In this document: positions 33,756 through 45,000 of the stretch, one piece after another
Numbering within the stretch: the first letter of the stretch is position 1
Layout: each line of letters opens with the position of its first letter
Virus record (IMG/VR): IMGVR_UViG_3300022309_000010
Location: 1 to 46,112 of that record
Length of the DNA stretch: 46,112 nt
DNA from: a virus
Taxonomy: Duplodnaviria > Caudoviricetes
Reading direction: 5' to 3' (one strand)
Position numbers and translations under genes: made by a program
The notes under the pieces: generated by a model
What the model was told of the DNA's origin: nothing
Seen by the model: the letters and a program-made list of their open reading frames with translations, nothing else
Database searches by the model: none

Positions 33756-34463
33756 GTGGATGATTTAGATTTAGAATCGCTTGGTATCGGTGGCGAGTTA
33801 AAGCCTAAAATTTTGGAAGTTATCAATAAGGCGAAAGCCGGTGTCGATAACAAAAACAAAGAACTGCTTGGAAAGCTGGCAAAATATAAAGAGCAGCTTG
33901 GAGCGTATGAAGGAATTGACGACCCGGGCGAAGCCAAGGCGGCGCTAGCAAAGTTGAAGGAGCTGGAAACCAAGAAGCTAATGGACCAAGGCGAGTTTGA
34001 CAAGCTGTTAGCTAAGCACAAGCAAGAATATGACACCCAGGTGACGCAGCTTAAAAACGTGCTTGGCGAAAAAGATAGGGCGCTTGCGGAAAAGGAAAGT
34101 GCAATCAAGGAACACTTTACCGAACGTGCTGCCACCGATGCTATACTTGCATACGGCGCAAACAAGCATCTTTTGATTAACGTCGTTAAACCTTCGATAC
34201 GTGTTACACAAGAAAACGGTAAATTTGTTGAGCAGATTGTTGACGCGAATGGAAATGTTAGACTAAACTCTAACGGTGAGCCGATGACGCCTACGGAATT
34301 TGTCGGCACACTGAAAGATGTAGAGCATTACGCCCCCGCATTCCCGCCGGAAGTGAAGCAAGGCGGAGGGGCAAAGCAAACTAGGCAAGTCGGCGGTCGC
34401 GTCGATGTGTCTAACCTATCTGCCGAACAAAAGATGTCGTTAGGCAGGAAAGGTAAAAAGTAA
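33756..34463 (+). CDS. capsid scaffolding protein
   Basis: coiled coil, KNKELLG, G.GGA tail; lies just before the major capsid gene. Confidence 0.8.
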   Translation: MDDLDLESLGIGGELKPKILEVINKAKAGVDNKNKELLGKLAKYKEQLGAYEGIDDPGEAKAALAKLKELETKKLMDQGEFDKLLAKHKQEYDTQVTQLKNVLGEKDRALAEKESAIKEHFTERAATDAILAYGANKHLLINVVKPSIRVTQENGKFVEQIVDANGNVRLNSNGEPMTPTEFVGTLKDVEHYAPAFPPEVKQGGGAKQTRQVGGRVDVSNLSAEQKMSLGRKGKK

Positions 34464-34560
34464 AATCCTCATTCTTTGAGGTCGGTCACGCCGGTGATCT
34501 CTGGTTACGCTAGAGGCAATAATATTGTTTTTAACGTAAACTAACTGGAGATTATCGGCC

Positions 34561-35490
34561 ATGGCCATGACATTACCTGAAGCCGCCAAGCTTGAAACTG
34601 GCGACGTATTTAAATCCGGCGTTATTGAATTTTACGCTGGGTCATCTGGCGTTCTAACCGCGCTACCGTTCGAGAATATCAGCGGCAATGCGTACAAATA
34701 CAACACTGAATTGACTTTGCCCGGTGTTGGCTTTCGTGGCGTAAACGAAGGCTATACCGAGTCAGTCGGCGTTATCAATCCTCAAACGGAATCATTGGTA
34801 ATTGCCGGTGGCGATCTTGATGTAGATAAATTTATCATCGACACCATGGGCGACGGTGTGCGCGATAAGCATGAGCGTATGAAATTGCGCGCATTATCTT
34901 TGTCGTGGACCAAGAAGTTCGTCAAAGGCGATTCAACCGTCGATCCCCGTGAAATGGACGGCCTACAGCGTCGATTGGGCGGCAATCAGCTGATCCCCGC
35001 TGGCGCTACCTCTGGCGGCGATGCATTGAGCTTGTCAAAGCTGGACCAGCTTATCGACCAAGTAATTGACCCCACGCACTTGATAATGAATAAAACCATG
35101 CGTCGTCGCTTAACTGCTGCTGCGCGTAATTCATCCGTTGGCGGCTTTATTACTTTCGGCGTCGATGAGTTGGGCCGTCAGGTTGCGAAATATAATGACC
35201 TGCCAATTATCTTGCTGGATCTTGATGAAGCAGGAAGCCAGATTCTTGATTTCAACGAAGCAAACCCTGGCGGTGGTGGCAATGCGTCAACATCTATTTA
35301 CTGCGTGAATTTCAGCGAAAATGCGGTAATGGGGTTGCAAAATGGAAACATGGACGTACGCGATTTGGGCGAACTGGAATCAAAACCGGTTTTCAGAACT
35401 CGTGTCGAGTGGTATTCCACTTTCGGAATTTTCCACGGTCGCGGTGCTGCTCGCTTGAACGGCATTAAAGACGCCGCTGTTGTTGTTTAA
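34561..35490 (+). CDS. major capsid protein (HK97 fold)
   Basis: MTLPEAAK, LPGVGFRGVNEGY, GGDLDVD, DGL.RR, RTRVEWY. Confidence 0.9.
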   Translation: MAMTLPEAAKLETGDVFKSGVIEFYAGSSGVLTALPFENISGNAYKYNTELTLPGVGFRGVNEGYTESVGVINPQTESLVIAGGDLDVDKFIIDTMGDGVRDKHERMKLRALSLSWTKKFVKGDSTVDPREMDGLQRRLGGNQLIPAGATSGGDALSLSKLDQLIDQVIDPTHLIMNKTMRRRLTAAARNSSVGGFITFGVDELGRQVAKYNDLPIILLDLDEAGSQILDFNEANPGGGGNASTSIYCVNFSENAVMGLQNGNMDVRDLGELESKPVFRTRVEWYSTFGIFHGRGAARLNGIKDAAVVV

Positions 35491-35507
35491 TTTTGGAGGA
35501 TTAATAA

Positions 35508-35894
35508 ATGTCTAATCGTGTTCAACGCATCTATGATGCAGCGGTGGCCCTTCGCACTTCTGTATCCGCAATTACCACCACCACGTCAGATACGGGGATT
35601 TCATTTCCTGTCCGCAACATGGAAGACTACAAAGCTTCCATTTCGTATTCTGGCGTAGTGGGTACCGGAACGTATACGTTTGCTATCCAAGTCAGCAACT
35701 TGGTTGCAGGCACTTATACGACCATTGCTAGCGTGACTATCAACCCTGCCGTATCTTCTGGCCGTCTTGATATTCCGCTAAACGGCAAAATTGCAGAACA
35801 GCTAGATGATGATTCCGCCTTTATTCGCGTCACCGCGACATTGGGCGGCACTTCGCCATCAGTTGTTTACAACTGCTTTTTGTCAAAGGAGTAA
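35508..35894 (+). CDS. capsid decoration/cement-like protein
   Basis: beta-rich; follows the capsid gene with a strong GGAGG RBS. Confidence 0.6.
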   Translation: MSNRVQRIYDAAVALRTSVSAITTTTSDTGISFPVRNMEDYKASISYSGVVGTGTYTFAIQVSNLVAGTYTTIASVTINPAVSSGRLDIPLNGKIAEQLDDDSAFIRVTATLGGTSPSVVYNCFLSKE

Positions 35895-35897
35895 TCA

Positions 35898-36083
35898 ATG
35901 GCCAAGGTAAACATCTACCACAAAGCAAGTGGAGAGGTTTTAAGCCTTGAGCCTATTGATGCAAAAGAAACTTTGCAATTCAACAGCTCGGAATATTCTT
36001 CCGAGCCTGTTGTTAAAAATAAGCCCGGCCCAAAGCCAAAGCAGAAACAAGCGCAAGATTTAGATGTCGATGAGGATAATTAA
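35898..36083 (+). CDS. small hypothetical protein
   Basis: AAGGAG RBS. Confidence 0.7.
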   Translation: MAKVNIYHKASGEVLSLEPIDAKETLQFNSSEYSSEPVVKNKPGPKPKQKQAQDLDVDEDN

Positions 36084-36087
36084 ATAA

Positions 36088-36591
36088 ATGGCCTTGATCA
36101 TCGAAACCGGAACGATAGTAAGCAACGCAAACAGCTACGGCGATTTGGCCGGCTTGCGTGCGTTTGCGACGGCGCGGGGGATTGATTTAGTCCCGGCGGC
36201 AGATGCTGATCTTGACGTGCACATGATAAAGGCCATGGATTTTATCGAAGCGAAAAGGGCGCGGTTTAAGGGAATTAAAGCGACCGCTACACAGTCAACG
36301 CAGTGGCCAAGGATTGGTGTTGAAATTGATGATTACGCGCTTGAGTCAAACAAGATCCCGCGTGAATTGATTTACTGCCAGTTTTTTTTAGCGCTTGAAT
36401 CGTATCTTGGCAATGATTTATTGCCTACCAGGTTGCCGAGCGATAAAGGTTTGCTGACTGGCTCAGATGTCGGCGGCGCGATTAAAAAGACGTTTGAATA
36501 TCCGGACAAGATTGTAAATCCTGTATTCACCAAAGCCATGTCCGTGCTTTCTCCTTTGATGAATGCATCCAACAGAGTGTATCGATCATGA
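36088..36591 (+). CDS. head-tail adaptor (DnaT-like family)
   Basis: MALIIETGT...ANSY, A.DFIE, Q...WPR, IP. Confidence 0.85.
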   Translation: MALIIETGTIVSNANSYGDLAGLRAFATARGIDLVPAADADLDVHMIKAMDFIEAKRARFKGIKATATQSTQWPRIGVEIDDYALESNKIPRELIYCQFFLALESYLGNDLLPTRLPSDKGLLTGSDVGGAIKKTFEYPDKIVNPVFTKAMSVLSPLMNASNRVYRS

Positions 36592-36977
36592 GCATGAAAC
36601 TCGAAGCGCTTGGAATTTATCGCGACTTGATGGAAGACGGATTTGAGATTGAAATACTGCGTGAGAATTTAACTTATGACCCATCGACACAAAGTTCAGT
36701 GCCAACTAACCCGCAGCGCTATAAAACTTATGCGATAGCTCTACCCGCTTCTGGTGGTACTGTTCAAGCCTTCGATAACAGGGCTGAAAATCAGCAATTT
36801 CAGTTCATCCGTTTTTTCAAAATGTCGTCTATTGATGAAAATTTAGAATTTGCTTTTCAGCCATTGCCCGGTGACATTGCGCGATTTGGCGGCTACGAGT
36901 GGCAAATAATGGGATGCACTCCAGTAGCGCCGACTCCTGATTTTCCTTTGCTGTATAACGTGGGGGCCGGTCGATGA
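36588..36977 (+). CDS. head closure protein
   Basis: gene order; P.PGD....G..W.I....V.P. Confidence 0.65.
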   Translation: MSMKLEALGIYRDLMEDGFEIEILRENLTYDPSTQSSVPTNPQRYKTYAIALPASGGTVQAFDNRAENQQFQFIRFFKMSSIDENLEFAFQPLPGDIARFGGYEWQIMGCTPVAPTPDFPLLYNVGAGR

Positions 36978-37369
36978 GCTGGAATAGAGTAATAGATAAA
37001 TGGACCAAGAAAGTCCCTAGCGATATTTCAAAAGTTCAGCGGAAAATATCGCTCGACTTGTCTAGCAATGTAATCGTTAGAACCCCAGTTGATACCGGCG
37101 CGGCGCGTGGCGAGTGGCTTGGATCGTTTGATACTCCGGCATCTTCACCATCGGGCATGACTGATAAAACCGGCGCAGCTACACTCGCAAAAATATCCAA
37201 TGTGGTTTCTGGATTTGACGGAAAGAGTGACCAAGTTTTTTATCTAACAAACAATGCGCCGCATATTGTCAAGCTTGAATATGAATCTCACTCGCCACAA
37301 GCAGCAAATGGAATGGTCCGTGTATCAGTTGAACTTATCAAACGCAAATACAAGAGGCTTTTCAAATGA
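36974..37369 (+). CDS. neck/tail completion protein (HK97 gp10-like)
   Basis: TPVDTG.ARG.W, NNAPH...LEY..HS.QA..GMVR. Confidence 0.85.
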   Translation: MSWNRVIDKWTKKVPSDISKVQRKISLDLSSNVIVRTPVDTGAARGEWLGSFDTPASSPSGMTDKTGAATLAKISNVVSGFDGKSDQVFYLTNNAPHIVKLEYESHSPQAANGMVRVSVELIKRKYKRLFK

Positions 37370-37779
37370 GCTTTTCCGGCATCGATAGCGCGCTAATTAA
37401 ATCGTATTTGGATGGAAATTTTGGCCTAACAACAAAATATCCAAACGATAAATTTGCGCCGCCTTCGCCGAAAACAGCGTGGGCCGAAGTTGTTTTTTTA
37501 GATGTTGGAAATAATCCTTTCACGCTCGGCGACAATGGTCTTGATGAAATATTTGGAATCATGCAAGTCAATTTGCTTTATCCGAAAGACAGAGGATCAA
37601 GAGACGTAAAATTAAAAGCCGATCAGTTTCTAACGCAGTACAGAACAGGCAAAAGTTTTACTCATAATGGCGTAACAGTAGACATAAACGGTTGCAGAAT
37701 AGGACAAGGTTTTGATTCTCGGCAATGGTGGATGGTGCCGGTGTCAATTGAATATAGCGCGCATATAGCAAGAGGTTAA
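37366..37779 (+). CDS. tail terminator protein
   Basis: YPN..F.PP, GI.QVN...P...G, W.VPVSI.Y. Confidence 0.8.
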   Translation: MSFSGIDSALIKSYLDGNFGLTTKYPNDKFAPPSPKTAWAEVVFLDVGNNPFTLGDNGLDEIFGIMQVNLLYPKDRGSRDVKLKADQFLTQYRTGKSFTHNGVTVDINGCRIGQGFDSRQWWMVPVSIEYSAHIARG

Positions 37780-37784
37780 TTAAA

Positions 37785-38726
37785 ATGGCAGATGGTGCAA
37801 ATGTAAAAGTTTGGTATGTTGCAGAAGTTACGAGAGGAGTAACTCCAGCAAGCCCGGTGTGGAAGCAATTGCGAGTAAAGTCGATAGGTCTTGGCGGAAA
37901 AAAAGATGGGTTAATATCCGAAGAGCTAACCGGCGATAGGCAAATAGCTAGCTACGACAATACAACGCGGCGTTGCGAAGGGCCGATTAGTACCTATCTT
38001 TTTTACGGTAGCAATGATGATATTTTGCAGGCTGCGTTTATGGGGACGTGGGCGCTAAATACGCCATCGGTCGGAATAGATCAATTGAAAACAGGCGCAA
38101 CACGGCGCTATTTTTCAATCATGATTCACTACACGGATCTTTTAACAGCCGATAAGCCTTTCCATATTTTCACTGGCGTGGAATTTACCGGCATGAATAT
38201 ATCTACAGATCCGCAATCGTATGTAACGCTAGATTTTAACACACTTGGATTAGACTTTGCGGCCCCAGCGACAACCGCTCCAGCAAGCTCCACCTATGGA
38301 TCACTAAGCACAACCAAACCAATGCGAGCGGTGAGCGGCACGATAAAAGAAGGCGGCGTTACAACTGCGGCCATTACAGAGTTTTCACCATCACTTGATA
38401 ACGGCGTAAGTTTGCAATTTGCTATCGGCTCAGCGACGGCGGTGGAATCTTCAGTTGGCAATTCAAACTCAAGCGGCCAAGTTGTTTCGTTCTTCAAAAA
38501 CGCCACGTTGTTTGATAAATTCAGAAATGACACCGCGTCGAGTTTGGAAATAACCTGTCTTGACGATTTAGGAAATAGTTTGCGAATAGTGCAGCCAAGA
38601 ATTGTGTACACTGGCGCAGATTTACCAACAAGCGGTCAAGGTCAGATATTGATAACTCTACCCTATCAGGCAGTTAAAGACGGCACGACTAGCACAAACA
38701 TTTACATCGAGAGAGACCCCGTATAA
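37785..38726 (+). CDS. major tail tube protein
   Basis: YVAE.T.G.TPASP.W..LR, SEE...DRQ; siphovirus gene order. Confidence 0.85.
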   Translation: MADGANVKVWYVAEVTRGVTPASPVWKQLRVKSIGLGGKKDGLISEELTGDRQIASYDNTTRRCEGPISTYLFYGSNDDILQAAFMGTWALNTPSVGIDQLKTGATRRYFSIMIHYTDLLTADKPFHIFTGVEFTGMNISTDPQSYVTLDFNTLGLDFAAPATTAPASSTYGSLSTTKPMRAVSGTIKEGGVTTAAITEFSPSLDNGVSLQFAIGSATAVESSVGNSNSSGQVVSFFKNATLFDKFRNDTASSLEITCLDDLGNSLRIVQPRIVYTGADLPTSGQGQILITLPYQAVKDGTTSTNIYIERDPV

Positions 38727-39145
38727 TGAAACTAAGTGACTTGATTCCGCAAAACCGAGATGAAGTTTTCAAGGTTGAAATTACCGAAGGCGTGCAGCTT
38801 GATTGTGTGTCTTATTATTCTGACAAATGTCAGATAGCGCATAAAAAGCTGCACCAATATTTTCTTGAAAATCTAATGAAGGCAAAGACGGAAGATGAAA
38901 AAGATTTAGCGCGATTAGATTTTGAAGTTAAATATATCGCGGCTTGCGTCGTTGGCTGGAATTTAGAAACGAAATTCACGCAAGAAGATTTACTCTTGTT
39001 GCTGCGTAGTTCTCCAAAAATTCGCGGCCATATCGACAGTGAGGCCTCGTTGCGCGGTTTTTTTACGAAACAGCAAGACGCGACCTTGCCGAAAAAATCA
39101 AAGCCGCAGCAGAAATCGACAAATACCAAGAAGGATCGGAGCTAA
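38726..39145 (+). CDS. tail assembly chaperone (G-like)
   Basis: between the tube and tape-measure genes; A.CVVGWN; slippery site near the end. Confidence 0.8.
   Translation: MKLSDLIPQNRDEVFKVEITEGVQLDCVSYYSDKCQIAHKKLHQYFLENLMKAKTEDEKDLARLDFEVKYIAACVVGWNLETKFTQEDLLLLLRSSPKIRGHIDSEASLRGFFTKQQDATLPKKSKPQQKSTNTKKDRS
39056..39064 (+). other. programmed -1 frameshift site (GGT TTT TTT) giving the long G-T chaperone that ends at 39381
   Basis: T TTT TTT heptamer; the -1 frame is open (YETARRDLAEK...TGEMPEAL) into ORF 39190..39381. Confidence 0.85.
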
Positions 39146-39381
39146 CAATAAGACGGCATCTTGAGCGCGTTTATGAACAGACAGGAGAAATGCCGGAAGC
39201 GTTAGAAAAAGCACAGATCCCGATTGAATACGGATATTTAATCGGCATCTACGGCAAAGTTAAAGAATACAAGCAGCCGTTTTTACCGTCGTTGCTTGCG
39301 TGGTGTAATTTAACAGGCATTACTCTATCTCATTTTGAAATAGATATGCTCATTGACATAAACAGGTCATACAATGTCTGA
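39064..39381 (+). CDS. T segment of the tail assembly chaperone
   Basis: reached by -1 shift; HLERV..QTG.MP..L, AW..LTG..L...E. Confidence 0.8.
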   Translation, partial: YETARRDLAEKIKAAAEIDKYQEGSELTIRRHLERVYEQTGEMPEALEKAQIPIEYGYLIGIYGKVKEYKQPFLPSLLAWCNLTGITLSHFEIDMLIDINRSYNV

Positions 39382-41290
39382 TGAAATAGCACGTTTAGTT
39401 TTGCGCGTTGAGTCGCTTGAGGTTAAGCTTGCTGATGAGCGTACTAAAAAGCTAAATGACGCATTAAAGGGCTCTCCTGGTATTGTAGAAAATGCAGAGA
39501 AGTCATTTAAGAAATTCTATAAACAGCTTGTTGCTGGCGTAACTGTTCTAGCTGCGTTTAACAAATCACTCGGCGAAGCTAGACAGTTAAGTATTTTTGA
39601 TGCGCAATTGCAAACAGCTACCGGAAGCATTGAAGGTGCCGCCGATGCGTTTGAGCGCATGGAAAAGTTCGCAAGTAATACGCCGTTTGTTTTGCAGCAA
39701 TCAATCGATGCATTTGTTAAATTAAAAAACCTTGGTCTTGACCCGTCCGAAGAGGCAATGACTTCTTACGGCAACACGGCAGCGGCCATGGGTAAGGATA
39801 TGCTTCAATTAGTTGAGGCAACGGCAGATGCTGTTTCCGGGGAATTTGAGAGGCTCAAGGAGTTTGGAATAAAAGCCAAATCAGAGGGCGACCGCGTTAC
39901 GTTTACATTTCGCGGCGTGGCCACTGAGGTCGGTAAAAACGCAGAAGAAATCCAGCGCTATTTAATTTCAATTGGCCAAACAGAATTTGCAGGCGCTATG
40001 CAAAAGCGCATGGAAGGACTTGATGGTCTGATATCTAACTTGCAAGATTCTTGGGATTCTCTTTTCAGGGCCGTGAATGAAAATGGCGTGGGAAAAGTAA
40101 TTGAGTTAGGTATCCGTGGCGCGATTGTTGTCATTGAAGATTTGAAAGAATTGCTAGGCGTCACTAGCGCAGCATTGCGCGGCAATACCGTTGAAGTAAA
40201 TTCGATGACAGAAGCGGCCATTCGTTTTGGCGAATCGCAGCAACGAATAGCAGATAAAACGGAAGCAATAGAGAAAAGCCAAAAAGCACTTTTGGCCACA
40301 ATAAAAAACATTGAAGCGGCTAGAGATAAACAGGTAGCTCTAGCATCGGCTAACGCTACAAGTGAGGAAGCGATAGCGCGTGTTCGTGATGCAATTTCTA
40401 TTCGCTATAACAAGCAAATAGAATCTATAGTTGCAGCACAATCAGGCCACCATGAACTATTAAAAACCCAGCTTGCCGAAGAAATATTTATTCGGAATCA
40501 GCTTAACTCAGTTATAAAATCAGCCGTTCCACCACCGGAAGCAAAGAAAAAACAAGGTGCGTTTGGGCTGACATCGACGTTTGACGAGGAAATGGCAGAA
40601 ATGGAAGCCATGCGTCAAATGACGTATGCGTTTGGCATCAAGCGTTACGAAGAACACAAGGCAATTAACGACCAGATTATCGCCGACAAAAAACGAGAGG
40701 TTGACGAAGGTTGGGCGGCGTATTACGACCACAAGGCAATAAATGATGCGGCGATTGAAGATGAAAAGAGAAAAGCGCAAGCGATAAAGGCGTCGCGAGA
40801 ATCTATTCTAAGCTCTACCGCATCCATTCTTGGTTCACTTGCGTCTATGGAAAGCAGGGAGAGCCAAGCGAGTTTAGAGCGCTACAAAAAACTGGCTTAC
40901 GCTGAAACATTAGCGGCGACATATCTATCGGCGCAAAAAGCATGGGCAGAAGCGCCCGGTCCAATCGCTGGCGGCATAGCAGCAGCGGCGGCGACCGTGG
41001 CAGGATTGGCGAGAGCTAAGCAGATTAGTAATCTTAAACTAGGCAGTTCTGGCGGTGGTGGTGCCGGTGGAGGATTTGGCGGTGGCGTCGGAGGTGGTGG
41101 TGGCAATGAGCTAGCGCCACTCATTCCAAGTCCATTGCGAAGAGAGCAGCAAGATATCAATATCGTTGTTAAAATCGGCGAAGATGCTGCGATAGAAATT
41201 GCGCGAGTTGGTGTGCCGCTGGCCATCAACAATGATATGATTGTAATGCAAACAGCAAGCGGTCTTGAACGAGTTCAAATGGTGGCCTAA
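39374..41290 (+). CDS. tail tape measure protein
   Basis: 638 aa, Ala-rich and helical; FA..TPF, ERLKEFGI, SNL.DSW. Confidence 0.93.
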   Translation: MSDEIARLVLRVESLEVKLADERTKKLNDALKGSPGIVENAEKSFKKFYKQLVAGVTVLAAFNKSLGEARQLSIFDAQLQTATGSIEGAADAFERMEKFASNTPFVLQQSIDAFVKLKNLGLDPSEEAMTSYGNTAAAMGKDMLQLVEATADAVSGEFERLKEFGIKAKSEGDRVTFTFRGVATEVGKNAEEIQRYLISIGQTEFAGAMQKRMEGLDGLISNLQDSWDSLFRAVNENGVGKVIELGIRGAIVVIEDLKELLGVTSAALRGNTVEVNSMTEAAIRFGESQQRIADKTEAIEKSQKALLATIKNIEAARDKQVALASANATSEEAIARVRDAISIRYNKQIESIVAAQSGHHELLKTQLAEEIFIRNQLNSVIKSAVPPPEAKKKQGAFGLTSTFDEEMAEMEAMRQMTYAFGIKRYEEHKAINDQIIADKKREVDEGWAAYYDHKAINDAAIEDEKRKAQAIKASRESILSSTASILGSLASMESRESQASLERYKKLAYAETLAATYLSAQKAWAEAPGPIAGGIAAAAATVAGLARAKQISNLKLGSSGGGGAGGGFGGGVGGGGGNELAPLIPSPLRREQQDINIVVKIGEDAAIEIARVGVPLAINNDMIVMQTASGLERVQMVA

Positions 41291-42051
41291 TGTCATTCGT
41301 ATATTACGCAGCAACGAGAAAAATAAGATCTGCTTACGTTCCGGTTGAACTGGTAAGCATCGGCGGGTTTGATAGCGATACTATTTGGGTAAAAGGAGCC
41401 GGATGGACAATTGTCGGCGGTCTTGCTATCGGCGCGGCGGGCGTTGCTTCCGATCTTGAACAAGATATTACTGTCACGCAAAATCTTGTCTATAACTTTA
41501 CTGTTACCACGTCGGCAATCACCGGCGGCAATATCACGCCGAAAATTGCGGGCACATTAGGCGCGGCAATCACTGCAAACGGAACCTACACGCAAGAAAT
41601 AATTGCAGGCGCTGGACTTTCACCGCGTCTTGAGATAACGAAAAGCTCTACGTTTGCCGGTAGCATTGACAACGTGTCTGTAGTCATGGGAACAAATAGT
41701 TTTGAATTAAATGTTCCTATGCCGCAATATTCGTCTTCACCGATGGCAAGCAGGCAAAGCCATGTCGCCATATCAGGCACTGGGCAAACTGTTATAGCGC
41801 GAAATTTCAAACGATCTTACACTGTCACAAGTATGCCTATCATTGTCGATAGTGCTATCGATTTGCAATGGCAAGAATTTCTAAACTCAACACGGGAAGG
41901 AGAATCGTTTTTATTCGACCCGGTGTATACTGCTACTTATGCTTCACCATCTTCAAAGCTGGCAACGGTGCGCATGGATGATGGCGACTGGACAGAATCA
42001 TATTCGGTTCCGTTTTATATTCAATATTCATTTACCTGTGTTGAAATATGA
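41290..42051 (+). CDS. distal tail protein with an inserted carbohydrate-binding-like domain
   Basis: follows the tape measure; GGFDSDT.W.KG.GWTI..G...LEQ...F.GSIDNVSV insertion. Confidence 0.6.
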   Translation: MSFVYYAATRKIRSAYVPVELVSIGGFDSDTIWVKGAGWTIVGGLAIGAAGVASDLEQDITVTQNLVYNFTVTTSAITGGNITPKIAGTLGAAITANGTYTQEIIAGAGLSPRLEITKSSTFAGSIDNVSVVMGTNSFELNVPMPQYSSSPMASRQSHVAISGTGQTVIARNFKRSYTVTSMPIIVDSAIDLQWQEFLNSTREGESFLFDPVYTATYASPSSKLATVRMDDGDWTESYSVPFYIQYSFTCVEI

Positions 42052-45000
42052 GAACATTTAACGATAATTTTGAAGCGAAGAAAAATGCCGGTCAGCTAAA
42101 ATTAAGGCTGGCCATGCGGGTGGATTTTAACAGCAACTTCACCGATCCAGTTTGGTTCACTTCGCACGCAGATACCTCCGTACCTGGGGGCGCTGATGTC
42201 ATTCATGATGTGCTAGCTTCCGGCATCGTTAAGTCCCATTCGCTCGAAAAAATAGCTTCGATAGGCGGCGGTAACGTCATTATTGCCGATAGAAATAATC
42301 TCGTACACAACAAATTTAGGGCCAAGTTACAAGCAGGCAAAGGACTTCGCGCCAAGCGAGTCACGATGTATCTTGGGTTTTCTGGCGACAGTTTTTCATC
42401 CTACGAAAAGATGGGAACCTATCAATTTGCCAACTTGACCGAGAGCCTTAACGGGTACAAATTACAGTTAAAAGACATCTACCGAAAACTAAAGGATAAG
42501 ACGCTATTCACCCCGGTAGTAACAAATCTATCTAACCATATCCTTGCTGATATTGTTGCGTCTGATTTGAGCTTTGCCGCTGCCGATAAATCAATTAACT
42601 CGGTCAATACAAAACTTGACGTTTATAATGGCCGAGTAGGTCAGAAAATATATGTACAAGGCACGACTAGCAATAATGGCCATTTCACCATTGCTAGTGT
42701 TGCGGCCAACAAAATAACATTCACCGAAACGATAGTAAACGAATCGGCAGGTAATGAATTTATTTTGCAGCAAGGCACCATCGACGTATACGATACAAGC
42801 AAATATGACTTGTTTGCACACGATGGCAATTACGAAGATTTGCCTAACAAGGAAGTTGTTTATTTCCAGATAGAAAAGGAAATAATTTCCGCCGAAGTTA
42901 TCTCCCCCGGAAAATTCGACAAGTGCCGCAAAGGCGTATTAGGCACTAAATCTGTCGAGCATATTATTAATGCGACAGCGGACAATGGCAACAAGATTGA
43001 AGTTAAGAGTGTTGCTTACATGCAAGGCCCGATTGCTAAATTGCGCCTTGCCGTGTTACAGCGCGAAATTCCAAACCAGCCCGGAAAAGTTTTACCTATT
43101 AGCTGGACGGTCGATATTGACCCCGATCAATTAGATGAGGCTTCATTCACAAGTATCGGCTCAGATTTGTGGGATACAGCAACGGATAAAGGCCGTATCG
43201 GTCGATTCATTTTCACGTCCAGCGTTAGCGCAAAAGAATTGTTTGAGATTTATTTCAGCGATATGGACAACTGCTGGATGTCGATTAACTCAAGCGGCGA
43301 ATATGTTTTAGAGCGCCGCGTAAGCGTTACCGATACCGCTGCTTATGTCGATATTCTTGATGATTCAAACATCAAAGAAGGTCGCGAATTATCGTATGAC
43401 GCCGAAGACGTTAGGAACCACATCGAAGTAAATTGGCACAAGTCTTTGCTAGATGGGCAATTCAGGCGCAAAAATACTTATCTGCTATCACAGTCAATAA
43501 CAACGCACCAGCAAACAGATCCGCTTGTTGTTGATTTGCATGGCGCATATGGTGGTGCAGATAGCCGACAAACATTGGCTAACGTGGTATCGGCGCTAGC
43601 GCAAAAATATGCTAATCCGCCTCGCCGCATAACGCTTAATTTGTTGCCAATGATGATGCATCTTAATGTTGGCGACATCGTAAAACTTCGCACGTCTAAA
43701 GTGCGTGATTTTAGCGGCACAACGACAACAATTGATCGACAATTTGAAATAATCGAAACGTCGTTAAACATCGAAACGCTAGAAGTCACTGTGACGCTCG
43801 AAGGAACGAGCGGCAATGTAGGCCCGGCGATTATAGACGACTACTCTAACGCGCTCCCAGATTCATTCTACGGCGCTATAGCGGCGGGTACTGGAATATG
43901 GTCAGGCCGCAATCTTGTATCCAGCTTGCCCGGCTATAGTGCTGGCACACTATCCACTGCATCGACCATGACCGGCGGATCAACATTTATGTCGGGCGTT
44001 TGGTATCACGACGGCGATTTGAATATTAGCGCTGGCGTTATAAGTAACAACGTGCTTTTGATTGTTAAGGGGCATTTAACAATATCGGGAACGTTCACCG
44101 GTAAAGGTCGCGGGCTTGCTGGTAGAAGCGGGGTGGCGAGTGTAGATTCATATGCTCTGCTGAAGGGCGAGTCTGGCGGCTTTGGCCACACGACGCAAGG
44201 TTCCGGCATAGACTACATAGCTCAATCTGATAACATATGGTCTTCATCTAGCTTGCGAAGAAAGTTTTGGGTTTCCAGTCGTGGCGGCTGGCCATTTTTC
44301 ACGCCCGGAACATATTCGCAAGTTCCACATTTTAACATTGAGTGGAACGGCACTGAACTTACGGGCATGCCGACTGATTTGCGAGGCACGTCAGGCGGCC
44401 AAGGGTATGGAGTCGCTAGAAGGGTAATAAACGACACATCTGAAACGCTGTACGGAAGCGCTGGTGGTGCAGGTGGCGCGGCGCTTGCGACATTATCACG
44501 GGGAATGTCGTTTGCTGGCAGCGGCAAAATTGATTTGAGCGGAAACGACGGAGCGGCCCCATCGTATCTTGAAAAAAACGCATGGGCACCTAGAATTTAT
44601 GCTGGCGCTGGCGCTGGTGGATATAACGGCGCATGGCTTTGTCAGATCGACGGAACAAGCAATTCAACCCCGGAAATAAATGACGCTACTTTTATCGCTG
44701 AAACTGGCAACTATGGCGCGCAAGTAAATGTAGGCTTTCGTCCTCCTAAAATAAGTCAATTTGGCGGATATACAGATGTTGGCGCATACGAAAACTTAAC
44801 TTTCGCTGGAACATATGAGCCAGCCGCGAAATCTATAAACACATCGTCATCCTTCCGTCTGCAATTTATAAATCAAAACATTGCAAAAGAAGTAACGGAA
44901 GTTGAAGTTCCAAGCGCGATAATTGGCGTATCGTGCAACAGTGGCACAAACTATCTTGAGCGGTCATCGTCGACAGGGCAAGTGAATAGTTATATCGGCG

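Noticed and set aside
33650-34309. Long antisense ORFs (this one, 28159..28548, 20484..20930 and similar)
   Set aside because: They are shadows of well-supported genes on the opposite strand.
41041-41104. GGT/GGC-rich run in the tape-measure gene
   Set aside because: It simply encodes a poly-Gly linker.
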